Origin: the human T2T-CHM13v2.0 reference genome, Homo sapiens
Reading direction: 5' to 3' (one strand)
Length of the DNA: 64,000 nt
Assembly (NCBI RefSeq): GCF_009914755.1
Contig: NC_060926.1
Shown here: positions 14,751 to 25,686 of the stretch, in pieces
How positions within the stretch are numbered: the first letter of the stretch is position 1
Layout of the letters: the number at the start of each line of letters is the position of its first letter
Position numbers and translations under genes: made by a program
Notes under the pieces: model-generated
The model's input: the letters and a program-made list of their open reading frames with translations, nothing else
Databases searched by the model: none
What the model was told of the DNA's origin: nothing

Positions 14751-15800
14751 CTGGCAGTATTATTTGAATGGCTGAGGGATTAGCTCACTCTGTCTGGGCC
14801 TCATTGTTTCTTTCCCTGTGTAAATAAGCCTAATGGCTGGATGGGATAGAGCAATGCTTCTCAGGGCTGTCAGACAGGGGCTGCTCTAGCAGAATTTCAG
14901 AGCACCTTATGAACCTTAGTGATTGTTGATTCTTTCCTGCCTCCCTCCTGCTCTCCCGGGGAGGTTTGCATGGGCTCTCAGAGCTGTCCTGGCCAGGCAC
15001 CTGCCTCCTGCTGTTGGCTGGGGGAATGGGAATGAGGTCGGGCTGCTCCCTGCTTTCCTGCCAGGCTTTAGAAGAGCAGGGCACCTCCATTCCATGGACT
15101 GTCTGGTGTTGATGGTGGCACTGCTAAGGAGCGGTGTCTCTGCAAGCCTCGATTTCCTGGCTGTCCTTGGGGCAATCCTGCTGAGTGAATGGGCCCCGCT
15201 GTGCCAGCGTATTCACACAGTGTCCCCATTTGGCAGATGAGGCACTGAGGCTCAGGGAGCACAGGGCAGAGGAGTCCCTGGCTGTCCTCAGGGCATCCTT
15301 GCTGGGACGGCCCTGCGCCTGCTGCACCTCCTGTGCCAGCCAGTGCACCCCTGGCACCACCTGCACCCTGTAGTCCACCCACTCTGGCACCCCTTCAGCC
15401 TCTCCCCACTTCCCGTCCATCACCAGGCCTGCCTCCTTAAAGCCACCCTCTTTCCCACTCCCATCACCGTGTCACGACTTTACCCATAACCCACTCTTTC
15501 TAGATTTCCCCAGTGCTGAATCTGGCTAAAGACTTCTGCAATGGTCTTCCTCAGGAGCCTGGAGGATCTTCCTAAACTGCCAATCTGTCAGAATTAGTGC
15601 CTTCTAGACACCCTCAGTGCCTTCTAGACACCCCGCCTCAGGAGGAGGTTAGCACTCCGTCGCAGCCTCCAACACACTCCAGCCTAACTCTCCCACCCTC
15701 CGTCACCGACCAGCCATCCCCCACCGTGCGAAACTCTGGCACCCCTAAACCTACCTGCTGCTCCACACCTTCAGCCTGGAGCACGGCTCACCCTTCTCCC

Positions 15801-17293
15801 CACTGGGCTGAGCCAGTGGGTCGGGAGGATGGAACCCCAACCACAGGAGGGGCTTTGCGGGTGGCTCCCCCACACGCCACCCCGTTAGCTGGAATAAGCT
15901 CGTACGGTCCAGATGCTTCAGAAGATATCAGCGATAGCCAGGCCCCACAGGCTGGTCCACCTTCCCCCACCCCTCCGCCCCCAGACTCCTAGCAGTAGTC
16001 CCCCACAAAGTAGGGAGCAGATCCCAGTGGGAACTGTGGAGAGATCTCCACCCGCACTGTGGAGAACGGCAGCAGGGACACCTGCAGGGTCGCGAGCACT
16101 GTTGTCGGCATCCACACTGCTCACACGATTTGAAATTCATACTTTGCCTTTATATTTTCCTTTTGAAAATATGTGTGTCATATACCTGCTTATAAAAATA
16201 CAAACAACACAAATATATGCACAAAAATAAGAAAGCTTTTCCTTTTCCTCTCCCTCAATATCCCAGCTGCTTACAAAAACTTCTAGAGCTTTATTTGCAT
16301 AAGAAAACACTTGCTTATATAGATACATCTATGTGTGTGCATATGTGTGTGCATGTGTGTGTGCATGTGTGTCTGATGTGTGTGCGGGTGTGTGCATGTG
16401 TGTGTGCATGTGTGTCTGATGTGTGTGCGGGTGTGTGCATGTGTGTGCACGTGTCTGTGTGTGCATGCGTATGTGTCTGATGTATTTGCAGGTGTGTGGG
16501 TATGTCTGCATGTGTGTGCCTGATGTGTATGCAGGTGTGTGCATGTGTGTCTGATGTGTGTGAGGGTGTGTGCATGTGTGTGCCTGCATGTGTGTGCATG
16601 TGTGTCTGATGTGTGTGCAGATGTGTGCATGTGTGTCTGCATGTGTGCACATGTGTGAATGTGTGTGCATTTGTGTCTGATATGTGTGAGTGTGTGTGCA
16701 TGTATGTGTGTGCATGTGTGTGCATGTGTGTCTGATGTGTGTGCGGGTGTGTGCATGTGTGTGTGCATGTGTCTGATGTGTGTGGGTGTGTGCATGTGTG
16801 TGCACGTGTGCACATGTGTGAATGTGTGTGCACGTGTCTGCGTGTGCATGCATATGTGTCTGATGTATTTGCAGGTGTGTGCATGTGTGTCTGCATGTGG
16901 GTGCCTGATGTGTGTGCAGGTGTGTGCATGTGTGATGTGAGGGTGTGCGCATGTGTGTGTCTGCATGTGTGTGTGCATGTGTGTCTGATGTGTGTGCAGA
17001 TGTGTGCATGTGTGTCTGCATGTGTGCACATGTGTGAATGTGTGTGCATTTGTCTGATATGTGTGCGTGTGTGTGCATGTATGTGTGTGCATGCCTGCGT
17101 GGGGTCGTGTTCTCCCTATTACGCATCCACTTGCTATCTCCTTTCAGTCTGGGCACAGAGCTCTAGCTTTTTCTTTATAATGATTCTCATGCACTTTTCT
17201 TCATCAACACAGTGCTCCTTGACGTCCCCAGATCCACTTGTGGCCTTGGCTCATGCCACTTTCCTCCCTGCAGGGTGCAGGGCTCAGCAGCCT
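15801..17293 (+). repeat. Left arm of an ancient inverted duplication
   Basis: Colinear by-eye match to the reverse complement of 19947-21677 in several blocks outside the minisatellite (see findings). Confidence 0.85.
16331..17092. repeat. TG-rich complex minisatellite (gtgtgtgcat / gtctgat variants)
   Basis: Directly visible; rare variants such as tgtatttgcagg recur at 16481 and 16864 (about 380 bp higher-order period). Confidence 0.95.
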
Positions 17294-18648
17294 GCCCATG
17301 AGCCAAACCCACTAATCCGTGTAAGATGGACGAACCCAGAGCCCAGGGGGACAAGTCTCCTGGACTTGAGCAGGCAGCAGCGCCTCCCGGGAACCCAGCT
17401 CCACGTGAGTCCAAAGGGAAGGAGGTCCCTGTGTGTTCTCCATTTGGTGAGTGTTGAACAGACAGATGAAAAAATGCTGGGAGCAATATAAAATCCAGCC
17501 AACCGCAAGCATGGGGGTTACAGCCTCTCCATTCAGCACCCACCTCCCCCTTCCAAACCTCTTCATAATCTGTTATTTGGGTTAAAGATACAGGACCAAG
17601 GAGCTTGGACCGGTGTGTGGAAATCTAGGCGTGTAGTTTGAAAAACGTTAGCCCGTGTTACTGATGGGCCAGAGAAGAGCTGCGAGGGACGAGGGCTTGG
17701 AACCTCCCCCCACGACCCACAGATGCTCTTATGGTGGGTCTGCTGATGTGTGACAGGTCGGGGACCCAGATGCCTTGGTCCTGGAGGAATCAAACTGGAC
17801 CTCAGCCCCACCTCCGGGAACCGCGACTCCATGGCTTTGCACTCAGCCCCCGGGAGACGGGTGCCCAGGGTGTGGGGACAGCAGGCAGTGTGGGGTGGAA
17901 AGAGGCACCAACTGAGGCTCAGGGCAGCTCAGATGAACAAGGGAATCTGGTCAGCGTGTGGCTGACCCGGGTGAGCTGTTCAGTCGCCGGCACGTGTGCA
18001 TAGCAGGTGCTCCTCACAGCCATGCCCCTCCACTGGGAAGGACGGCTTCGGTGGCTTTCATTTACGAGCACACTGCCTTGGTGGTGTAGTGGGTCTGTGG
18101 AGCTGTTTCAGATCTTGAAAACCTCTCTGTCCAGAGCTCCTCCAAGTTCCAAGTCCAGGCCTTCAGGGGCAGGAGCAGGGCTGGCCCTTCAAGATAAACA
18201 TTTGTGGCACTAAGCCTACAGTCTCGGAGCCAGTGGTTGTGGCAAACCAGTGGCATTGATGAGACACAGTTGCACGTTTACTGACAGCATCCTGTGTGTC
18301 TCTCCAGTCCCCCTGATTCCTGCGCGTCCAGGGTGGAGATGTGACATCCTTGCTCATTCTCGTGAGCCGTTCTCCACCAGAGACAGAGCGTCGCACAGAT
18401 ACCACCTTCCCCATATGCGGGCTGGCCTCTGCAGGGAGCGGCCTGGGAAATAATGAAGCCAGCTGACCCAGCCAGGCCGCTCCCTCACGACAAACAGCAG
18501 CTAGGAAAGCGTGCATGTCTTCCCTGCCTCACTGGAGTGCTGTGCTGGGCAGTTTTCTTGTGCTTTCTGCAAAGTAGAGGACAATGCATCTGCGTTATGG
18601 CTGAAGCCCAGAGGCCACAGCCCTCGGAAACTCTGCAGAGCAACCCTG

Positions 18649-19083
18649 TGTTAAAGTGAACTAAATATGGCCTGAGAGGGATTCCCTACTTCTATATTTG
18701 AGTTCTTGTGGATGAGCTGCAACCTAGCTTAATAGGCAAACAAGATGGAAAACCTAACTAGGAGCATGCGCCGGTAACAATCGCTGAGTCTTGACCGATC
18801 CCGGCAGCCGTACTTCAACCATTCGTGCACTGCTGAGTGTTCAAACTGTGTGCAAATAAGGCAACGCCAACATGTCACCAATCCAGCTGTGTCTGGACCT
18901 CACTTCCTCACTTCCAATTTGTGTATGTCACTTTACTTTTTTTTTTTTTTTTTTTGCCTGTAAATTTGACCACTGGAGTCTCTCTGAATCTGCTGTGATT
19001 CTGGGGGCTGCCTGATTCGCGAATCGTTAATTGCTCAATGAAACTCCGTTGCATTTAATTAGGCTGAAGTTTTTCTTTTAACT
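18649..19083 (+). mobile_element. MER57-type (ERV1) solo LTR
   Basis: Starts tgttaaagtgaactaaatatggcctgag and ends gctgaagtttttcttttaac, as in remembered MER57A consensus; flanks cctg/cccg fit a decayed 4-bp TSD. Confidence 0.8.
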
Positions 19084-19946
19084 CCCGGAAAGGGCTTCCT
19101 CGGGCTGGCCGGCCCTTCAGGCCACTCGTGCTCTCAGCCAGGCAGTTGCTCCAATAAAGTCCAGGGCCAGCCCTGCCAGGGCCTCAGCCCCACACCTCGG
19201 GGAGTGCTGCTCCCAGCTCCCACTCTGCCCTGCTCTCTGCCCTGTGCCTCTGCCTCCCGGCAGGGCTCCCCCCACACATGGAATGAATGCTTCTCTGGCA
19301 TACTCTGATTTCACCGCAGCCACAGCCGCCTTTCTAGAATGGAAGTCTGAGTACATCAGCGACTCTCCTCACTGGGCCTTTGTCAGGCGGCCTTGCCAGT
19401 CCACCTCTTGTCGTGACCTGCCTTGCAGCGTCCGAAGCCAAATATGCTGTGCCTCCTCCTTTTGCCAGGATATTCCTGCTGCTGCCTGGAGATCCTCTTC
19501 ACCCTTCACCTGGTGGAGAAGCCTTCTCAGCCCCACCAGCGGTCTCCAAACCCAGCCAAGGACTCAGAGTGTGGGGCCTGAAGGAGGGGCTCTCAGCAAA
19601 GCCTTCCTGGATGAAGGGGCTCATCCTCTGCATTGCATGGTGAGAAAAAGGCCCAGAAAGGTGAGCAGGAGATGCTAAACCCCGTCACCCACGCACCAGT
19701 CCCACCCGAACGGGGTGCCGTCCACTCTCTCACCCCTATGACGACATCTGAGATCCCGTGTTGAGTTGGTCGGCTTCCTCAGATTGCCTTCTCCCCTGCC
19801 AGCCCCAGACCCTGCGGGTGTGGAGCGGGAGCCCAGGAAGCAAACCTCAGCAGCCCTGTGTGGGGACAGGGAGGCCACTCTGCAGAGGACCGCTGAGCTG
19901 TCTCCATTGTGGTTTAGGAACTGCCCAGGTAAGGAGCCCTGGTGGA

Positions 19947-21677
19947 TGCTGAGCAGGGGTTCCAGGCAGGGGAGCGGCATGAACCAAGGCCACAGGTGGA
20001 CCTGGGGAACTGGAGATGCTCCCTGTGGGGGAAGCAAAAGTGAACAGATCATAATAAAGAAGCAAGAGCTCTGTGCCCAGTCATGCAAGGAGACCACAGG
20101 GTCACATCGCAGGAGACAGCAGGGGATGCATAACAGGGGGAACATGACCCCGCGCGTGCACTCACATCCGCACAGTGTCTCACACACACATCCACACACA
20201 GTGTCTCACACAAAGACCTCTCACACACACACATCCACACACAGTGTCTCTCACACACACACCTCACACACATGCACAGTGTCACACACATCTCACTCAC
20301 ACACAGTGTCACACACACATGCACACACAGTGTCTCTCACACACACCTCTCTCACACACACGCACACACAGTGTCACACACACATGCACACACAACCCTC
20401 ACACATCCACAGTGTCTCACACACACATCCACACACAGTGTCTCTCACAAAGACCTCTCACACACACACATCCACACACATGCACAGTGTCACACACATC
20501 TCACACACGCACAGTGTCTCACACACACATGCACACACAACACCTCACACATCCACACAGTGTCTCACACACACACATCCACACACAGTCTCACACACAT
20601 CTCTCACACACACGCACACATGGTGTCACACACACATGCACACACAACCCTCACACATCCACAAAGTGTCTCACACACACATCCACACAGTGTCTTACAC
20701 AGAAACACCTCTCACACACACACATCCACACAGTGTCTCTCACACACACACGCACACAACACCTCACACATCTCACACACATGCACACAGTGTCACACAT
20801 ATCTCACACACACGCACACACAGTGTCTCACACACATGCACACACAACACCTCACATACATCCACAGTGTCTCACACACAACACCTCACATACATCCACA
20901 CAGTGTCTCACACACACGTACACAGTGTCTCTCACACACGCACACAGTGTCTCTCACACACGCACACCTCACACACACATTCACACAGTGTCTCACATAT
21001 ACACATACATCCACAAAGTCTCACATACACACACACATGCATACACAGCGCCTCACATACACAGACACATGCACACACAGTACCACACACACATGCACAC
21101 ACAGCATCTCACATAACATACACGCACACACAGTGCCACACACAGGCACATGCACATACAGAACCTCACATATGCACACATGCAGGTGTATCTATGTAAA
21201 CAAACATTTGCGTGTTCATAGAAAGGTCTATATGTTTTAGCAGTTAGCTGGGATATTGGGGAAGGGAAAGGGTTAAAGAAAAAGCTTTTCTCTTTTTGTA
21301 TGGACTTTTGTATTATTTGTATTTTTAATAAGTAGAGATTACATTTATATTTTTTAAAAGAAAATACAAAGGCAAAGTAGGAATTTCAAATAGTGTGGAT
21401 TCAGACAACAGTGCAAGGTTCATGACCTTACAGGTGACCCCACTGTCGTTCTCCCCTGGGATCTGCTCTCCCCTTGGTGAGAGACTCCTTCTGGGGATGG
21501 GAGGGAGTGGGAGAAGGAGGACAGGCCACGTGGGACTGGGCCATTGCTGGCCTCTTTGGAGCTGGCCAGATGCCATGAGTCTATCCCCGACTGGTGGGGT
21601 GAAGTGTGGGGAAGCCACCATAAAGCCCCTCCTATGGCTGGGGTTTCATCCTCCTGACCCATTGTCTCAGCCCAGCG
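19947..21677 (-). repeat. Right arm of an ancient inverted duplication
   Basis: Reverse complement aligns to 15801-17293 on both sides of the minisatellite. Confidence 0.85.
20158..21183. repeat. CA-rich complex minisatellite (cacacagtgtctca / cacatcca variants)
   Basis: Directly visible; caaagacctctc at 20211 and 20448, cacaaccctc at 20391 and 20643 (about 240-250 bp higher-order period). Confidence 0.95.
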
Positions 21678-21869
21678 TGGGCAATTCCCCCACCCCAAAT
21701 GGGGGAAAGGGAGCAAGCAGGAGCCAGTGTGTTCCAGGGCCAGGTGCCCCTCTCCGTTTCCTGGCAGCAGGATGCCTCACTTCACAGCTTCACAAATGAG
21801 TGACCCTGACCCAGCCTCTACGTGTGCTTCAGCCTGTCTGGCCTGGTAGGGACCCAGGGAAGGAGCGTG

Positions 21870-22050
21870 CATTTGGAAGCGTGGGTGTGAATCTGAGTCC
21901 TGGCTGGCCGCTTACAAGCAGACTGTCCTTGTGAGGAGGACACCACTTCTTAGATCCTTAGTCTCATCTTCTAATTGTGCAGATAATAATGCATTTGTCA
22001 CAAGGCTGATGGAATGAAAGGACTGTGTATGTCAGTTGGGGCCAGGCCCC
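21870..22050. mobile_element. MIR fragment
   Basis: gggtgtgaatctgagtcctggct...cttacaagc...gtccttg...agtctcatcttctaattgtgcagataataat...aaggctgatggaatgaa. Confidence 0.55.
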
Positions 22051-23871
22051 CACAGAGGCTCGATATATGTACTTGTCTCCTTTCCAATCATCTACACCAC
22101 CCCCCCCCAACCCAAACATGACTTTGGGATATGAATGCGACACAAACTCCTGCTCAAAAAATTTAGTTTTTCTCCCAGTTCCAGGTGACAAATCAAATTA
22201 GATATGGCATTGTGCCAGCATGTGAAAGCCGCCCCCCCCCGCCCCAACTTGCCCCCAACCACCTCCCCAGTCCTCATCACTAAGCTTCACTGCGTCCAAC
22301 CTTGCTTTGCCTGGAGACATGGCAATGCTTCTCCACTTGCTTGCTCCGAGGTTGGCCAGAGTGCTGGGCTCCTTCTCTTGAGCCTTAGAGGCAGGAGGCC
22401 TGGCCCTTAGTTCATGTCTGCACTCAGGCCGAACACAGATTTCCCAACATCCAGAAACTAAGGGCTTCCTTAGAGCATGCCGGCTTTTTTCCTCTCTGCA
22501 GCCTCCGTCTGCAGGCCCCTCAGGAAATGACAGAAGCAGAACTGCCAGGTTTACTGCCCTGATGGGGGCAAAGGCCCATGTTGGCCTCTCCTCAATCTCC
22601 TGAGAGTCCATGTATAAATCAGAGCTCACACATTCCCTATTCAAGTCAACAAAGCATGCAGATTTATTTTAATGTGATACATATGGTGGCGACATCTATT
22701 AATCATTCGCCCTCTTATCCCACAAATCTTTAATGTAAGCACACTCCATGCGGGACACTGTACTGGGAAACATTGGGGTGTACTGATGAACAAAACCGCA
22801 TGGGTACTGACCTCAGAGAGCTCATGGTCCAGGGCAGGGGCACAGAAGAGCATTGATGAAGCATTGAGACAGGGCAAACTGGATGGCAAACATCGACAAA
22901 ACCTGTGTAGGTGACACTTGGAGCTCATAGCAGGGGCCTCCCCTGGGAACAGGACATTTGAGCTGAAAGCTAGAGAATTCATAGACCTCCACTAAGCAAA
23001 TATGAGTGATTTTAATAGAGCCGTCCTCATGCTGTACTGACCATATCCAGGTATGGTTCTCAGGGATTCATGACATTAACTCATCAAACCTCAAAACAGC
23101 TCTGGGGGTGAGTCCTGTTCACAGTTTCCAGCTCCCAGGCTAAGGGGCGGAGGCACGAAGGAATGGAAGGGTATGGACTCGAACCTGGCAGGAAGATTAG
23201 CTCGAACCCAGGTCCGTGGACTTTAGGGTCCAGGCTTTGCAGTGCTGAGTGAAGTGGTGGTGGAGGAGGAGGGGGCAGTCCCACAGACAGAGGGAAGGGC
23301 AGGTGGAAGAAACGCTTAACGCATATGAACAACCTAAAAATCTATAACCAACAAATCCAGCTTAACAAAGCTAGCCTTGAGCTTGTTTGAGCCAAACTAC
23401 CTGCCTGTGCACTGATTTTTACTCCTCTAGGAGACCAAGAGCCGGCACCCTTATAGTGGGCATGTGAAACAGAAGAAGAGGCTACTGATTGGAGGAAGGG
23501 TTGAAAGAGGGAGGGACACTGTTGGCCTCTTGCCACCGCTTCCCACCTTCCAATTCCTGTTATAGGAGTGGTTGCTCTGGAACCTGGGCATCACTCTGCC
23601 GTTGGATGGAAGTGAATGGGGCTGAGTGCCTCCCCATTGGTGCCCCTGACTACAGATTGGCTCCTATGTTCACAGAGAGGCTGAGGCCATCCAATCAGGA
23701 TGGGTGCAATGATCAGGACATGGCTTCTTGCAATTCATCCACATGTTAGGAGAGGTAACAACTCATAGATGGAAAGTGACTATTACAACTAGAGGAGAGA
23801 GAAAGACAAGAGGCTGGAAAGAACACAGCCCCTGCGGGTGGGAGGAGGTCCTCCCCAACTGACAAAGACAT

Positions 23872-24600
23872 TCTAATTCATCAATACTAAGATGCACTTT
23901 CACCCCCTATCTTTTAGCATCTCTGCAATCGGATGTGATGCATCTTGCAATTGATAATGTAGCATAACGATGTCCAGGAGATGACAGTTGTAACAAAATT
24001 GTCATTGCTTGCACACAAATGAAATTGGTCATAACCTGAGTATTCCCATGTCCCATTTTGCTGGGGGCAGTCCTGGCTTATGTGAATTTCCCTGTAATAA
24101 TTATTAGCAGTACCCCTTTTATCCTCAATAGTGCTATAATGGGATGATATGTTGCGCGGTCCCCCTGTCCACGACTAGTGTCGCTTCAGTTACACATGTG
24201 CATTGTTGGTACTGTATCTATTAAGTTTAATTAGCATTAAAAGTGTCTTCCCAAAGGTAATATCATGATATGGCATTGAAACAAAGAACTAATTGTGTGC
24301 ATATAAAGGAGAGGAAGCAGCAAAGGCGTGTAACTTTCGTATTAGTGATGCATGGGTTTGGCATTGAACGGGTGGCGACAATTCCAGGCTTTCTTGCAAA
24401 GCAACCATGAAGTAGTTTGTGTGATCCAGAAAAGAAGAATCCCATGGGAGAGGTAAGCTGGCTTCTTTTGACTGAGGCTGTGTGAGGAACACAGCAAGCG
24501 ATGCAATTAAAAGCAGGAGAAATTGCCAGGAGATGTGTTTGGTAACAAGCTTGATGCTGATGCACTGTGTTACACTGAGAAACAGCACATCACAGGGAAG
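23872..24600 (+). mobile_element. Kanga/MER104-like (TcMar-Tc2) DNA transposon fossil with decayed transposase N-terminus; small hAT-Blackjack (MER81/MER94-like) insert near 24045-24165
   Basis: Left end ttcatcaatactaagatgcacttt...tttagcatctctgcaatcggatg...catcttgcaattgat resembles the MER104/Kanga terminus; 24240-24540 resembles Tc2 transposase HTH-coding sequence. Confidence 0.6.
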
Positions 24601-24774
24601 GCATGGCCGTGTTTGTGGTGGGGATGGGGGTGCCTTCTTGCAGGGGCAAGCCTACTGGTGAGCTGAATGACCACAGTAAGAACCAGGATGGGAGAGGACT
24701 GCTGTTCAAATCTCCTACTGGAAGATTGGTCTCCTACATGATTGGTCTTGCAATCATGGTGATTTAAGAAGTTC

Positions 24775-25040
24775 CTCTGACTTTGGAGCTGAAGGGCCGT
24801 GAGTAGGAACTCGGACTTTCCCTGTGTCCACACTCCAGGCTTTGGCTCTGGAGGCCGTCTGCCCATGCGTCTGTCAGGGGACAAGTTTTTTACTCTCTTT
24901 CATCTGTAATCATTTCTTCTGAAAAAGAGGCGTAAGAATGTACCTGCCTCATGGAGTCTTATAAGGAATAAACAAGATGATGCTGTAAACTGCTCAGAAC
25001 AGTTTCCAGCCCATGGAAAACACACCACAAATGTCTGCTA
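24775..25040. mobile_element. MIR fragment
   Basis: ggggacaagttttttactctctttcatctgtaa...gtacctgcctcatggagtcttataaggaataaacaagatgatgctgtaaactgctcagaacagtttccagc. Confidence 0.6.
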
Positions 25041-25169
25041 CTGTTGTTGCTGTTATATTTTAACTTCCCCACCTTCACAGAAAAAACTGCGGCAATGACG
25101 CTGCATGATAGCTGCTGTCTGGAGGGACTGTAGGGGCCCTGCCTGTAGGTGACCTCCTCGAAGGCACCT

Positions 25170-25686
25170 GCATCAGTTAAAATTCTCGAGAGAAACAGAC
25201 TCAAAAGAGACAGACAGACAGACAGACACACACACACAGTGACTTTAAAGTGTTGGCTCCTGTCAGTGTGGTGGTGGCAGGTGTGAAGTCTGTAGGGCTG
25301 GCCAGCATACTGCACACTAAGATAAGGGGAGTTGTTGCAGTCGTGAGTCTGAATTCCACAGGGCAGTGGCTGGAAGCTCAGGCAGGGTTTCTGTGTTGCA
25401 GTCAGGAGGCAGAATTCCTTCTTCTTCGGGAAACCTCAGTCTTTGCTCTTATGGCCTTCACCTGATTGGACAAGGCCCACCCACATTTTAGAGGGTGATC
25501 TGCTTTACTCAAAGTCTATTGACTAATACGTTGATCACATCACAACATTGCTAAATCAATGTTGATCACTTTGATTTATATGTTGAATCCTGACAAATAC
25601 CTTCATGGCAACATCTAGACTGGTGTTTGACCAAACAGCTGGGCGCCATAGCCTAGCTGAGGCGACACATAACGTTAGCCATCACA
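25170..25686 (-). mobile_element. MLT2 (ERVL) LTR
   Basis: gcagaattccttcttcttcgggaaacctcagtctttgctctta, aggcccacccacatt, ctgctttactcaaagtcta, tgtttgaccaaacagctggg...ccatcaca end. Confidence 0.8.

Noticed and set aside
16283-17491. 244-275-aa His/Thr or Cys/Val-rich ORFs resembling metal-binding proteins
   Set aside because: Translation artefacts of the TG/CA minisatellite, open in multiple frames on both strands
17600-18500. Mild CpG enrichment in the inverted-repeat spacer as a promoter or CpG island
   Set aside because: CpGs remain sparse relative to GpC and no core promoter architecture is visible
19766-21199. 477-aa His/Thr/Ser-rich ORF, the longest in the window, plus overlapping 313- and 322-aa ORFs
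   Set aside because: All three frames are open because the CA-rich minisatellite strand lacks stop codons; non-ATG start and no domain signature
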